64,000 nt of DNA from Octopus bimaculoides (taxonomy: Eukaryota): assembly GCF_001194135.2 (NCBI RefSeq), contig NC_068989.1, forward strand, positions 91,951,082-92,015,081, given 5' to 3'. Below the pieces are notes generated by a model. It was given only the letters and a program-made list of their open reading frames with translations. It was not told the DNA's origin and did no database searches. The stretch's first letter is position 1. Every line of letters begins with the position of its first letter. Made by a program: the position numbers and the translations under genes. Below are positions 52,175 through 64,000 of the stretch, in pieces.

Positions 52175-52468
52175 TTTCTGAGGAATTATGTACATTATTT
52201 AAAATGGAGGGACTGATGTCCCCACCCTGCTTGTTGTTACCATAACGTTTCGGCTGATGTACTCTCCTGCCTTCATCAGGTGTTCTGATGGAATTTCGAA
52301 CCCAACCCTTTATTTGACACAGTACCCCATTAGTCAAGTAAAGGGTTTGGTTCGAAATTTCACCAGAACACCTGATGAAGGCAGAAGAGTGAATGAGCCG
52401 AAACGCTGTGGTAACACCAAACAAGGTGCGATGACCTATCCGTCCATTATAAGTCACATACGTCTATT
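52175..52468. mobile_element. Penelope-type foldback element H2 with a hammerhead core on each arm
   Basis: ~130-bp inverted arms around a 14-nt loop; CTGATGA-A-GGC...GCC-GAAAC on + (52372-52404) and on - (52279-52244); flanked by the direct repeat gtcagtcata (52165-52174, 52469-52478). Confidence 0.8.
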
Positions 52469-53309
52469 GTCAGTCATACTTTGATATTTATATTGAACGT
52501 GACTGTGTGCACTATCCCAATGTGTATATCGGTTTCAAATTTCGGCACAAGGCCATCAATTTCCGTTACATCAACCAACTGGTACTTATATTATCAACTT
52601 CGAAACGAAGCGACGAGAAGTAAAGTCGACCACGGTACAATGTGATCTCAGAATGTATGCTCAAATGGATCAGTTTCCAGTGGTACCAACTAAATTGAAT
52701 ATAATTCGTTGAGGACATGTATATAATAAAACCATAATACTTCTCGTACTTTCGAAAATTAAGTTTAAAGGCAAGAACCACTCTTATCTCCACCGCATTA
52801 CTTCACCAATGTAAAAAAAAAAAAGATATTCTTCAACTTATCGTGCTTCGTTGTTTTTATATTTGGCAACGTAACTCTAGGGTGATTTCGTTTACTAATT
52901 GCATGGATCATCTCATTAAATGGAAGATTTTCAATCCCCAACATCATATGTGTGATCCTAACATAAGTGTGCTTCGAATGAACAACGTTGCCCAGGGGCA
53001 ATTTCTCGAAGCACTATTGCAAATAATTTCCTGATGGCTGGAAGATATCAGATAGCTCCATCATTGAGCCACAAGAGTGCTCTTATGAAAAAATCTCATT
53101 TAAAAGACAATATTAGTAACAACCGACATTGAAACCATTTCAACCAGAATATAATAAACAGAAGCTCTTGAAATGTCGAATGACACTAGAAAATATTTTG
53201 TTGGAAACAAAACGAAAACGGTCAAAGTGGATTAATTAGAAAATATAAAATCTTAAGACGAATAAGTTGAAAACAGTACGCGCGTGCGCGTGTATACATA
53301 CATACATAC

Positions 53310-53352
<43 letters not shown>

Positions 53353-53722
53353 TTATATACATACATACATAGTGTATATATATATACATGCACATTGTTG
53401 TATTTAGGGACGGTCATTTTTTTGCCAAATAAACACACGCACTATGTATTCGTTCTTCACTCGTTTATTTCTGTTCTTATTCTATTATTCTAATTCATGT
53501 CCATTGTCCGGAAACCTTCCGTAACACACACACACACACACGCACACGCACCCCCCCCCCTTATTTTTGTTCCATTCTAAATACAATAGTTTTTATATTT
53601 CTGCTGTTTTTCAACAGGGCATATTACTCTACCTCTCGCATTCGAGTACTATTTTTCCCACATTGTTTCGCATTTATGTGCTTAATCTGGTATGTTTATA
53701 TATATATTTATATATATATGTT

Positions 53723-53779
<57 letters not shown>

Positions 53780-53780
53780 A

Positions 53781-54129
53781 GGCGCAATGGCCCAGTGGTT
53801 AGAGCAGCGGTCGCAGGATCGCAGATTCGATTCCCAGATCGGGCGTTGTGTGTGTTTATTAAGCAATAACACCTAAAGCTACACGAGGCTTCGGCAGGGT
53901 GTGGTGGCGAAACCCTGCTGTAATTTTTCCCCACAACTTTTTCTCATTCTTTCTTCTACTTTCTGTTGTACCTGTATTTCAAGGAGCCAGCCTTGTCACA
54001 CCCCGAGAACTGCGTTAAGGGTACAAGTGTCTGTCGAACGCTCAGACAATTACACGGTAATTTCACGAGCAGGGTGTTTCGTTGATCGGATCAACTGGAA
54101 CCCCCATCGTTGTAACCGACGGAGTGCCA

Positions 54130-54130
<1 letters not shown>
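53781..54130 (+). mobile_element. SINE family B-type (variant middle)
   Basis: ggcgcaatggcccagtggttagagcagcg...gattcgattccc head; family B 3' end. Confidence 0.85.
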
Positions 54131-54165
<35 letters not shown>

Positions 54166-55085
54166 NNNNNNNNNNNNNNNNNNNNNNNNNNNNNNNNNNN
54201 NNNNNNNNNNNNNNNNNNNNNNNNNNNNNNNNNNNNNNNNNNNNNNNNNNNNNNNNNNNNNNNNNNNNNNNNNNNNNNNNNNNNNNNNNNNNNNNNNNNN
54301 NNNNNNNNNNNNNNNNNNNNNNNNNNNNNNNNNNNNNNNNNNNNNNNNNNNNNNNNNNNNNNNNNNNNNNNNNNNNNNNNNNNNNNNNNNNNNNNNNNNN
54401 NNNNNNNNNNNNNNNNNNNNNNNNNNNNNNNNNNNNNNNNNNNNNNNNNNNNNNNNNNNNNNNNNNNNNNNNNNNNNNNNNNNNNNNNNNNNNNNNNNNN
54501 NNNNNNNNNNNNNNNNNNNNNNNNNNNNNNNNNNNNNNNNNNNNNNNNNNNNNNNNNNNNNNNNNNNNNNNNNNNNNNNNNNNNNNNNNNNNNNNNNNNN
54601 NNNNNNNNNNNNNNNNNNNNNNNNNNNNNNNNNNNNNNNNNNNNNNNNNNNNNNNNNNNNNNNNNNNNNNNNNNNNNNNNNNNNNNNNNNNNNNNNNNNN
54701 NNNNNNNNNNNNNNNNNNNNNNNNNNNNNNNNNNNNNNNNNNNNNNNNNNNNNNNNNNNNNNNNNNNNNNNNNNNNNNNNNNNNNNNNNNNNNNNNNNNN
54801 NNNNNNNNNNNNNNNNNNNNNNNNNNNNNNNNNNNNNNNNNNNNNNNNNNNNNNNNNNNNNNNNNNNNNNNNNNNNNNNNNNNNNNNNNNNNNNNNNNNN
54901 NNNNNNNNNNNNNNNNNNNNNNNNNNNNNNNNNNNNNNNNNNNNNNNNNNNNNNNNNNNNNNNNNNNNNNNNNNNNNNNNNNNNNNNNNNNNNNNNNNNN
55001 NNNNNNNNNNNNNNNNNNNNNNNNNNNNNNNNNNNNNNNNNNNNNNNNNNNNNNNNNNNNNNNNNNNNNNNNNNNNNNNNNNNNN

Positions 55086-55505
55086 GAAGGCATATCTGAG
55101 AGAGCAACTATAAAAAGCAATGGTCCCAAAACAGTGCCCTGTGGAACACCGCTCATTATTTGTGTTCTCATAGAGGTGGCTCCATTAGCCACTACTGCCT
55201 GACTTCTATCTTTCCGAAAGTCATGCAACCACTCTCCAAGTTTTCCAGCTATGCTAAGATCACGCAGTTTGTGGCATATCACACCATGATCCACTTTGTC
55301 AAAAGCTTTTGCAAAATCAAGGTATATTACGTCCACATTTGAATTGTTGAGTAACTGCCTCAACACCCAGTCGTAATGTTGTAAGAGCTGGGTCAGGCAG
55401 CTCCTACCTGGTCGAAAGCCATGTTGGGTATCACTCAGCAATTTATTTTCTTCAAGGAATGCGATCAGTTTTCCTCTGATTATCCTTTCCATGACTTTGC
55501 TGATG
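55086..55505 (-). pseudogene. CR1/L2-type LINE RT fragment with an uninterrupted ~140-codon frame, cut by a gap
   Basis: KVMERII...LSDTQHGFRPGRSCLTQLL...VDVIYLDFAKAFDKVDH...SGVPQGTVLGPLLF (RT domains 2-4). Confidence 0.95.
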
Positions 55506-55684
55506 TGTACATTATTTAAAACGGACGGACTGATATCTTTACCTTGCTTGTTGTTACCACAACTTTTCGGCTGATGTACTTTCCTGCCTTCATCAGATGT
55601 TCTGATGGAATTTCGAATCCAAGCCTTTAAGTGACTAATGAGAACAGAGTACCTCTTAATCACATAAAGGGTTGGATTCGAAAT
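55505..55684 (-). mobile_element. Second H2 foldback copy (one full arm plus a 25-bp stub of the other)
   Basis: Minus-strand acatCTGATGAaggc..gccGAAAagt; hairpin atttcgaatccaagcctttaagtga / tcacataaagggttggattcgaaat. Confidence 0.8.
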
Positions 55685-55686
55685 GT

Positions 55687-55787
<101 letters not shown>

Positions 55788-55809
55788 TGTGTTTCAAATG
55801 CACATAAAA

Positions 55810-55990
55810 CATAAGATAGAAACAAGTTAGGGAACAAGTACGTGTATTTGTTTGACGCTCGTGAAAATGAGAAGTCTTTGATATTTTGAGCCTACGCTCT
55901 TCTACAGAAAGGGATGAGAGGGAAGGAAAAAGAGCAGAGAGAAATAAAAACGGAGAGAAAAAAATGTGTCGGGATGAACGCTTCTACTAT
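55810..55990 (-). mobile_element. Penelope-type repeat family H1, degenerate copy
   Basis: Reverse complement cTTT CTGTAGA A GAGC gtag GCTC aaaa tat c AAAG at 55911-55876. Confidence 0.7.
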
Positions 55991-56122
55991 ATATATATAT
56001 TGCTGACATCGTATGAATTAATATACTTTCGAGACAACAGTAAAGGATTGTTTCTGAAATTCGATCTCGAAGCTGATATGAACCTAGGGATTTTTAAACC
56101 ATATATTTACGTGCTATTTATA

Positions 56123-56405
56123 GGCGCAGAAGTGGCTGTGTGGTACGTACCTTGCTTACCAACTACATGGCTAGAGGTTCAGTACCACTGCGTGGCACCT
56201 TGGGCAGGTGTCTGTGTGTGATTGTCCCCCACATCATCGCTTTACAATCGATATTGGTCTGTTTACGTCCCCGTAACTTAACGGTTCGGCAAAAGAGACC
56301 AATAAAATAAGTACTAGGGTTATAAAGAATAAGTCCTGGGCTCGATTTGTTCGACTAAAGGCGGTGGTGTAGCATAGTCGCAGTTAAATTACTGAAACAA
56401 ATAAA
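56123..56405 (+). mobile_element. SINE family A with a central deletion
   Basis: Head and tail present; the ctatagcc...gtcgtata block is absent. Confidence 0.85.
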
Positions 56406-56796
56406 AGAAAAGCTGTATATGTGCTCTGGGGGAAGACAGCTCCAATAGAAGAAGGGTATTCTATCAAAATCCTAGGAGTCATCTTTCAACTCTTGTCATT
56501 TGTGACCTACTATGGTGAACAAGAGGGAAAGAGAAATGTGCTGTACAAGCTCTTTTCATTTAAATCTAATGGCGTACAGATGCCCCACGATCATTGCTGA
56601 TTGTGAAACGGCCACCATGTTACAAGATGAGACAATCCTCATCACTAGCAAATAAATGACGACGTCCTCTCAATAAGGTCTCTTGAACCGCTAGCTGGGT
56701 TGTAGAGGGAGCAGATAACCGACAGAAGAGAGATGCGATGAGACCGAAACAGGGTTGTGGTGAGGACGAACATAGATAGATATACAGTACACACAC

Positions 56797-56868
<72 letters not shown>

Positions 56869-57439
56869 GCGAGCTTATTTAGATTTCACCTACCAAATCC
56901 ACTCACAAAGCTTTGGTTGTCCCGAGAAAAGAATGACCGAAGGGACATCTGATGAAGGCAGGAGAGGGTACAAGTGTCTGTCGAATGCAAATAAACAAAT
57001 TCCTTACCACAAAGCAACCTTAGTGTGTGTGTGTGTGTGTTAAGTAATCAATAATGATTATCTTCATGAAGGGAGACATAAGTGGGCTAACTTTTATGTA
57101 AGGCGAATACATTTATTATAATAAAGGAGATAAATATTTGTTCATTTCTACATTCTTTAAATGCACGTGACTCGATAGAAAATTTTCTCAGCATCAGCCA
57201 GAATAGAGGCAAACTGAAAACCATATATATTTGTGTGTGTGTGTGTGATTATTTTAACAAAAGAAAAATAAATTAATCTTTACCCAACCTATTGAAAGAT
57301 AAGGCTTAAATTTTAAGCAGATTCAAATAGATTTTGAGACAATCTCTAAATATATAGAAAACCGTTTTTGCTGCTTCGCCCCCATCTCGTAAAAATTACT
57401 ACTGAGAACTACTTAACAAAATGTCTTCTAATATATAAG

Positions 57440-58370
57440 GCCGACAATTTAGAGGAAACAAAACTTGTCAATTACGTCGACTCCAGTGCTTGATGGATAC
57501 TTTATTTTATTAACCTTTATAATATGAAATAATAAAAAAAAAATCAACTCCGGCGTAATTTGAACTCCAAATGTCATGCATCGAAGCAAATTTCGCAAAG
57601 CATTTTTTCCCCTACGTGAACGATGTTACTAATCCTGCACCATGCAACTACCCTTAATTTTATTTATTTATTTATTTTCTTTCTCTCTTTTTACATTTAA
57701 GATGATGAGCTTGCAGAATCGTTACTGCCCCGGAGAAAAAAAAAAGAGCTTTGTGGCACTCTTTCTCTTTTTATATCCCGAGTTCAAATACCGCTGGGAT
57801 CGATGCTGCCTTTTAATTCTTTCAGGATCGATAAAATAAATAACGGTAGAGTATCGGAGTCGATATAATCAACTTACGCCTCCCCCGAAATTGATGGCTT
57901 TGTGTCAAAATTTGAAACCAATATAATTTCCAACTTTGACAAAAGAACAAGTTTTGATTTCACCGGACTAATAGATTACATGGCCTTCACTGATATTTCT
58001 TTTTATCGGTTTTGATAAGTAGAAAAGTAAACTTGACCTCGGTGGGATTTGAACTCAAAACGTAAAGAGCCGGAGGTAATACTGTTAAGCTTTCAGCCCG
58101 ATGCATTAACGATTTTAATAGCTTTCCACCTCACTGTTACAGTAAATAATCATTTCTACGCTAGTTAAAAGACCTGAAATTTTGAGGAAGGGACCACGTT
58201 CGGTGCATCGACCCTAATTCTCGATTGCTATTATTTTGTCGATCTCGAAAGGATGACGGAAAAACTTGACTTCGACGTGACTTGAGCCAAGAATGCAAAG
58301 AGCCAATAACAAAGCAACTATTGTCTTTTGTGTGATGGACTAATGATTCGGCCAGCTCACCATCTTGCTG
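57440..58370. mobile_element. Cluster of about four diverged family C SINEs in mixed orientation
   Basis: Repeated gaatttgaactc/gagttcaaat, gtcgac and tcgataaaataa motifs on both strands. Confidence 0.6.
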
Positions 58371-58879
58371 CTTCTATGAATAACAATGATAAATATACAT
58401 AAATAAAACAGGGCGGAGAGAGGAACAGAATGCAAGCAAACAATAAGTAAATCTACAAATAAAAATTCAATCTTTGATCGAAAGTTTCAAAAGGTCACTT
58501 AGAGCTAAATGTAAAGCTGTCCAAAATACGAGATAATTGTGTTTATATATGAAGCTCACATATTAAATACATTAAATGCACTCATCTTTAAGTGTACAAT
58601 AATTCAGTGATATACAAGGGATAAAGCTGAGCAGACACGAGTAGACATGGCGCCGAATGATTAATGTCGGCAAGAAACGACACATGTATCAATTCCAATA
58701 GTCGAGGTTAACGGTTCCGTTGCACTTTAGAAAATCTCGTTGTACGGGCAGCTATCACTGATTGTATATAGGGAGAATGCTTTACTAGCAAGGTAGGCCA
58801 CCCACCTTTGGTTTGGAGGCTGCAGTTATTTGCTTGAGTCTCTTCTGTGAGTCGTTGGCGGTCCTGTTCTAGTGTTCAA

Positions 58880-59193
58880 CGGATTTATCTTTTACTGGTT
58901 TCAGGTATTAGACTGCGGCCAAGCTGGGGCACAACCTTGAAGAATTTTAGTCGAACGAATCGACACATTACATTTCTTCGTTTGTTTGTAAGAACTGGTA
59001 CTTATTCTATCGGGTCTCTTTTGCCAAACTGCTGAGTTACGGGGACGTAAACTCACCAATACTGGTTGTAAAGTGGTAGAGGAGTACTCACACAAAGCGA
59101 CGCACAAAAGACGTACAAAGTGAAGCAGGCAGGCACACACGTACGCTCGCAAACACACACACACACACACACACACAATAAATNNNNNNNNNN

Positions 59194-59224
<31 letters not shown>

Positions 59225-59352
59225 TACACAATGGGTTTTCCGCCAACGAATCCGCTCACAAGGCTTTGGCATCTGCCCATGGTGCCAAGCGGTGGGACTG
59301 AACCGAGTACCATGTAATGAGAAGCAAACTTCTTCCCACACAGCCACGCCTG
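58880..59352 (-). mobile_element. SINE family A
   Basis: Full reverse match. Confidence 0.85.
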
Positions 59353-59464
59353 TAAACATAGGCTTATCTTTCTCCAGTCTGCCTGCAAATCTATATAGTG
59401 CCTCCACACACTTTGGTAACACTTCTGCTGCTGTATCATATTTAACATATATAAGGAAACGGTT

Positions 59465-59660
59465 ATGAGCTGGCAGAATCTTTAACACTTCCAACAACAG
59501 CATTTCTTTCGGAATTACATTTCGAGTTTCAATGTCGCCGAGGTCGACTTTGGCTTTCGTCATTTCAGGGTCGATTAAGACAAAACACTATTCAAGTATC
59601 GGCGGCGATGTAGTCGACTTGCCCCTCCCCTCCTAACTGCTTGCTTTGTGCCAGAATTAG
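59465..59660 (+). mobile_element. SINE family C
   Basis: gagctggcagaatc...gagtttcaatgtcgccgaggtcgactttggctttcgtcatttcagggtcg. Confidence 0.75.
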
Positions 59661-59924
59661 AAGCATTTATATATAACGTCGATATATTCTTCCGACACTA
59701 CCTTGTTATCTGACAGTATGACCAGAATCCTAAGCGGCTTCTACGTAGACTGAAGACGATTTCCAAGATGCAATGTTAGATTTAGTAATCTTTATTTTCC
59801 AGATGGAATTATTGCTTCCAATCTCTATTCTTCAGCACACACGTCCCTATCGTCTGTTCATACTATAATCCTGACAGATTAACTGTTTAAGCTTAATGCT
59901 TCTACGTTCTTCACACATTCTTTT

Positions 59925-60136
59925 ATTCTTTTACTTGTTTCCGTCATTTGATTGCGGCCATGCTGGAGCACCACCTCTAGTTGAACGAATCAACCCCAGG
60001 ACTTATTCTTTGTAAGCTTAGTACTTATTTTATTGGTCTGTTTTGCCGAACCGCTAATTTACGGGGACGTAAACACACCAACATCAGTTATCAAACGATT
60101 GTGGGGGGACGAACACACATAAACATATCTATTTAC

Positions 60137-60171
<35 letters not shown>

Positions 60172-60325
60172 CGACGAGCTTCTTCCAGTTTCCGTCTACC
60201 AAATCCACTCACAAGGCTTTGGTCGGCCCGAAACTATAGTAGAAGACACTTGCCCAAGGTGCCACGCAGAGGGACTGAACTCGGGACCATTTGGTAGGGA
60301 AGGAAGCTTCTTACTACACAGTCCC
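59925..60325 (-). mobile_element. SINE family A (centre replaced by (TATC)n)
   Basis: Full reverse match. Confidence 0.85.
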
Positions 60326-61849
60326 GCTTTGCGGGACCTTGGCCAAGTTTCTTCCATTACGACCTCGGCCCGACTGATGCACCAAAATTACCACACACCT
60401 AAACCTGTAAACACGTACAAATACTCATGCACACACACACACAGAGGCATGAACACATACACACACATAGGCATGAACACACACACACACACAAACACAC
60501 ACACATACACGCATGAACACGCACGCACACACAAACACACACACACACAGGCACGAACAAACGCACACACACATATGCCTGTGTATCTTGCCTCTGTTTT
60601 CTGTAAAGTTCCACGAATTGACAACCACTGCAAAACTACCAAAAGTGTGTACGATACTGGGATATATACGACAGCTTCGTTTACATGAAGTTAGTCATTG
60701 CAGGCCTTGAAGAGAATAATAATAATAAGAAGAAGAAGAAGAAGAAGAAGAATAGTTCCCTATGATATGCTCGGTAGAAAATCAACTTGTAGAGATTGAC
60801 TATGTTGCAGATAACTATGCAGTTGTTCATGGTCTATTCATGCGGTTAATTTGCTGATTTCGGTAAATTATGAAATAGGACAGTTCCATGCTGGTTTAAA
60901 CAGGACGCTATTGTATTGGATTAGACCGAAAGCACTTCTTAGGAGAAGTATCACAAAATCGATCCTCTATTGGTTTAGAATCACATATGAAGGAGGCAAC
61001 ACGGCGAACAGGTTGCTTCCATAACACAATTTCTTTATGATTTTTGATCGGAATTCAAGATCGATAGTATTTACCAGGCTTGAGATCATGCGTTATTTTC
61101 CTCCACTGAAAATCACGTTTTGAAGCTGTATGAAGTGAGGGCCCTTATCAGACGTGTATGTTTGTTACGGGAGATTTTTCCTTAAAACTCAGTCGATAGA
61201 CTTTAGCTATCAAAATTGGCAAATGCTTTGCAAGCTTTTGATGGCTTACGTGAAATGAATTCAGGTGTGGCAGCCCTTGTAAAAGAATAAGAGAGAGAGA
61301 GAGAGAGAGAGAGATAGGTAGCGTAGAAGGGGAAATTACGATGCAACAAGATTTCTAATCGCCATTGCTGTAGATTCTTAGGGGCTTGTCTTAGTCTGAC
61401 ATCCGTATTTCTATTGTAGCGAATATATTTCCTGTCTGAATGTAGATGGCATGCGGTCATATGGTTTAAGCAGTTTTGTTATCAGGAAAACTATTCTCCT
61501 TCAAAGAAAAAAGAACCTCTTATCAGCATAAACACAACACAACACAACAACAACACAACACAACAACAACAACAACAACAACACACACACACACACACAC
61601 ATGCATTCGAATTCACGCACACGCGCGCACACAAGCAATGACACACATATGGATACATATGTATATATGTACATATACATGTATATATGTATACAAATAA
61701 GTACTTATACTTCCACATACGCTCATATATACGTGTATATAGATATATGTACAGCGTTACCAACCCAAAAATACACATACATTCATATATATTGATTGAT
61801 CCCCGTTGAACTGTATAGTTGCATAGTTTTGCGCACCCTCACGAGAAAG

Positions 61850-62025
61850 GGATAAATAAATAGATAGAGATAGAAGGTAGGCAGATAGATAGATAGATAG
61901 ATAGATAGATGGTTGATAGATTGATAGATAGATAGATGGTAGGTAGATAAATAGATACAAAGTAGGAAGGTAGGTAGGTAGGTAGATAAATAAACAGATA
62001 GGCAGATAGATAGATAGATAGATAC
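61850..62025. repeat. (GATA)n/(GGTA)n tetranucleotide tract
   Basis: Direct reading; abuts the 3' end of Tx1-like copy B. Confidence 0.9.
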
Positions 62026-62665
62026 ATTTCTTTTATTAGCCACACAGGGCTCAACGAAGATGGGACAAATACAATGTAGAGCTTTTCTTTTTGGGAGGGG
62101 GAAGGAAGGTAAAAAAAAAAAAAAAAAATTGGTGGTGTCGATCAAAAGGGATCGTAGGAAGGGAAAAAGGGGCAGTTCGATCAAAAGGGATCGAAAAAAA
62201 AGAAAAGGAAAGGCCGATCAATAGGGATCGTGTATCACACAGTAATGTTCTCGTGTAAAAAGAGGGGAGGACAGTTTAGGTTTAGCCGTGGAAGGAAAAG
62301 CCTACGGNNNNNNNNNNNNNNNNNNNNNNNNNNNNNNNNNNNNNNNNNNNNNNNNNNNNNNNNNNNNNNNNNNNNNNNNNNNNNNNNNNNNNNNNNNNNN
62401 NNNNNNNNNNNNNNNNNNNNNNNNNNNNNNNNNNNNNNNNNNNNNNNNNNNNNNNNNNNNNNNNNNNNNNNNNNNNNNNNNNNNNNNNNNNNNNNNNNNN
62501 NNNNNNNNNNCTCTCAACTTCCTCTTCAGGTGATACTTGAAGAAGTTGATGAGAGATTGCCCAGAGAGGAAAGTCTTTGTCTCTAGACCTTTCAGACGCG
62601 TCCACCATACACATTCTTTCGCCATAGCCACAAGTACGATGAAAATAGCTCTTCCTTCCCGTTTA
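62026..62665 (-). mobile_element. 5'-truncated Tx1/L1-like LINE, copy B (gap inside)
   Basis: [54 protein letters not shown]; the 3' UTR ends gctaataaaagaaatg-(TATC)n. Confidence 0.8.
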
Positions 62666-62669
62666 AAGG

Positions 62670-62763
62670 AAGGAGAGATAGATAGATAGATAAACAGATA
62701 GATAGATACATAAACAGATAGACAGAAAGATAGATAGATAGATAGATAGATAAACAGATAGAC

Positions 62764-62805
<42 letters not shown>

Positions 62806-62895
62806 ACAGAAAGATAGATAGATACATAACTAGATAGACAGAAAGTAGGTAGATAGATAGATAGATATAGATAGATAGACAGACAGATAAATAGA
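62670..62895. repeat. (GATA)n tract between the two Tx1-like copies
   Basis: Direct reading. Confidence 0.9.
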
Positions 62896-63148
62896 TATCT
62901 TTATTAGCCGAACACAGAGGGGACACAATACAATGAGGACCTTTTCTTTTCGAAAGAAAAAGGAGTAAGTAGAAAAAAAAAGAGGAAAAAATTCCGATCA
63001 AAAGGGATTTGTGTAACACAGAACAGAGTAAACATGTAAAACACAGACTAGGTTTACCTGCGGAAACAAAAGCCTACAAAAAAGACAACGGTAACCTTAG
63101 GCAGGGAGGTAATAAATATGAGAGCGAAGTGCGCTCTCTCTCTCTTTT

Positions 63149-63180
<32 letters not shown>

Positions 63181-64000
63181 TTTCTCTCTCGGATTTACAG
63201 TATCATGCTCAAAGTGGTTTCGTCAATTGCGCGAACCATCTTTGCTACGTTCACCCACCTTTTATTGAATCTTTCATGAGACAAAACTTGCCTCTCTATT
63301 CTCACCTTCCTTTTCAAGTGGTAGCTGAAAAAGTTGATGAGCGACTGGCAAGAGAGGTAGGTGTTTGCCTCTATCGCTCGCATCCATCATGGCCACCAGT
63401 ACGATAAAAACTGCCTTGCCTTCCCGGTTAAAGGAAGGTGGCGTAGCAATTTGCACGATCGACTCGGCCGACAACCGGATTCATCTCACACGTGACAGCA
63501 GCCGTTCGGCATAAGCCCACAGGACCGAAATAGTTGGACACTGCACGAGTGCGTGCAGAACAGTTTCGTCGCTCTGACCGCATCTCGGACAAGTCGGTCC
63601 GGTGTATCCCGGACCGTGCCTGGAGAGCTTATCCCGAACGGGTAATGCATCCGGATAGCACTGCCAGGTGATTGTCCACAGGTCCCGGCCCGAAAGTTGT
63701 CCTGAACAAGCGGGTCAGGTGTTTCTCGTCGACGCCCAGACTCTACCAGAGAACGTCGTCGCACCTCCCCTCCACTAATCCTCTAAAGAACGCCTTCGTG
63801 GAATTGATGTCGCACAAGTTTGGTCCCCGACGGCAGAGTTGCTTAAGAGCAAGGCGGCATTCGCGGTGCCATTCGCCTAGTCTCGGGTTCTTTTTAATCC
63901 AGAACTGTAGTTCGGCCAAGGAGACGAGCTGCGGCAAAGCGCGCCGCACAAACGGCGACCACACCTGTTCACCGTCGTCTATGAAGCGCCGGAGATGTCG
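62896..64000 (-). mobile_element. Tx1/L1-like LINE copy A: ORF2 C-terminal region (frameshifted) plus 3' UTR; continues beyond the window
   Basis: VWSPFVRRALPQL...HRECRLAL...STKAFFRGLVEG..., CGRVDRANCY region, AVFIVLVAM, QSLINFFSYHLKRKVRIERQVLS..RFNKRWVNVAKMVR; the 3' UTR is homologous to copy B and ends gctaataaagata-(TATC)n. Confidence 0.8.

Noticed and set aside
56420-56590. Frame containing IKILGVIF as a LINE remnant
   Set aside because: A single short motif only; too weak to call.

Overview
AT-rich, microsatellite-dense draft eukaryotic DNA with about 16 N-gaps. The SINE families and repeat load point to an octopus (coleoid cephalopod) genome; this is inferred from recognised repeat sequences, not from a database search. 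No host gene could be identified with confidence, so the window reads as intronic/intergenic. Almost all long ORFs in the track are artefacts of gaps and simple repeats. Real coding signal is limited to decayed transposon fragments: CR1/L2-type RT, R4/Dong-type RT and restriction-like endonuclease, Tx1/L1-type ORF2 C-terminus, and Tc1/mariner transposase. Three tRNA-derived SINE families are abundant. Four observations stand out. (1) At 33.5-37.4 kb, two related RT-less elements carrying an ORF1-like remnant and short GT-AG introns sit in tandem inside the tRNA-like head of one SINE, each bounded by the same ~13-bp target motif, which suggests a SINE-targeting non-autonomous retroelement family. 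(2) Two families of Penelope-type short repeats carry minimal hammerhead-ribozyme motifs: one has a variant CUGUNGA core (4 copies), the other is a foldback with a ribozyme core on each strand and a flanking 10-bp direct repeat. (3) Two Tx1-like LINE copies are inserted in tandem into (GATA)n microsatellites. (4) There are several long foldbacks, plus a short repair-like patch stitched from two nearby sequences.
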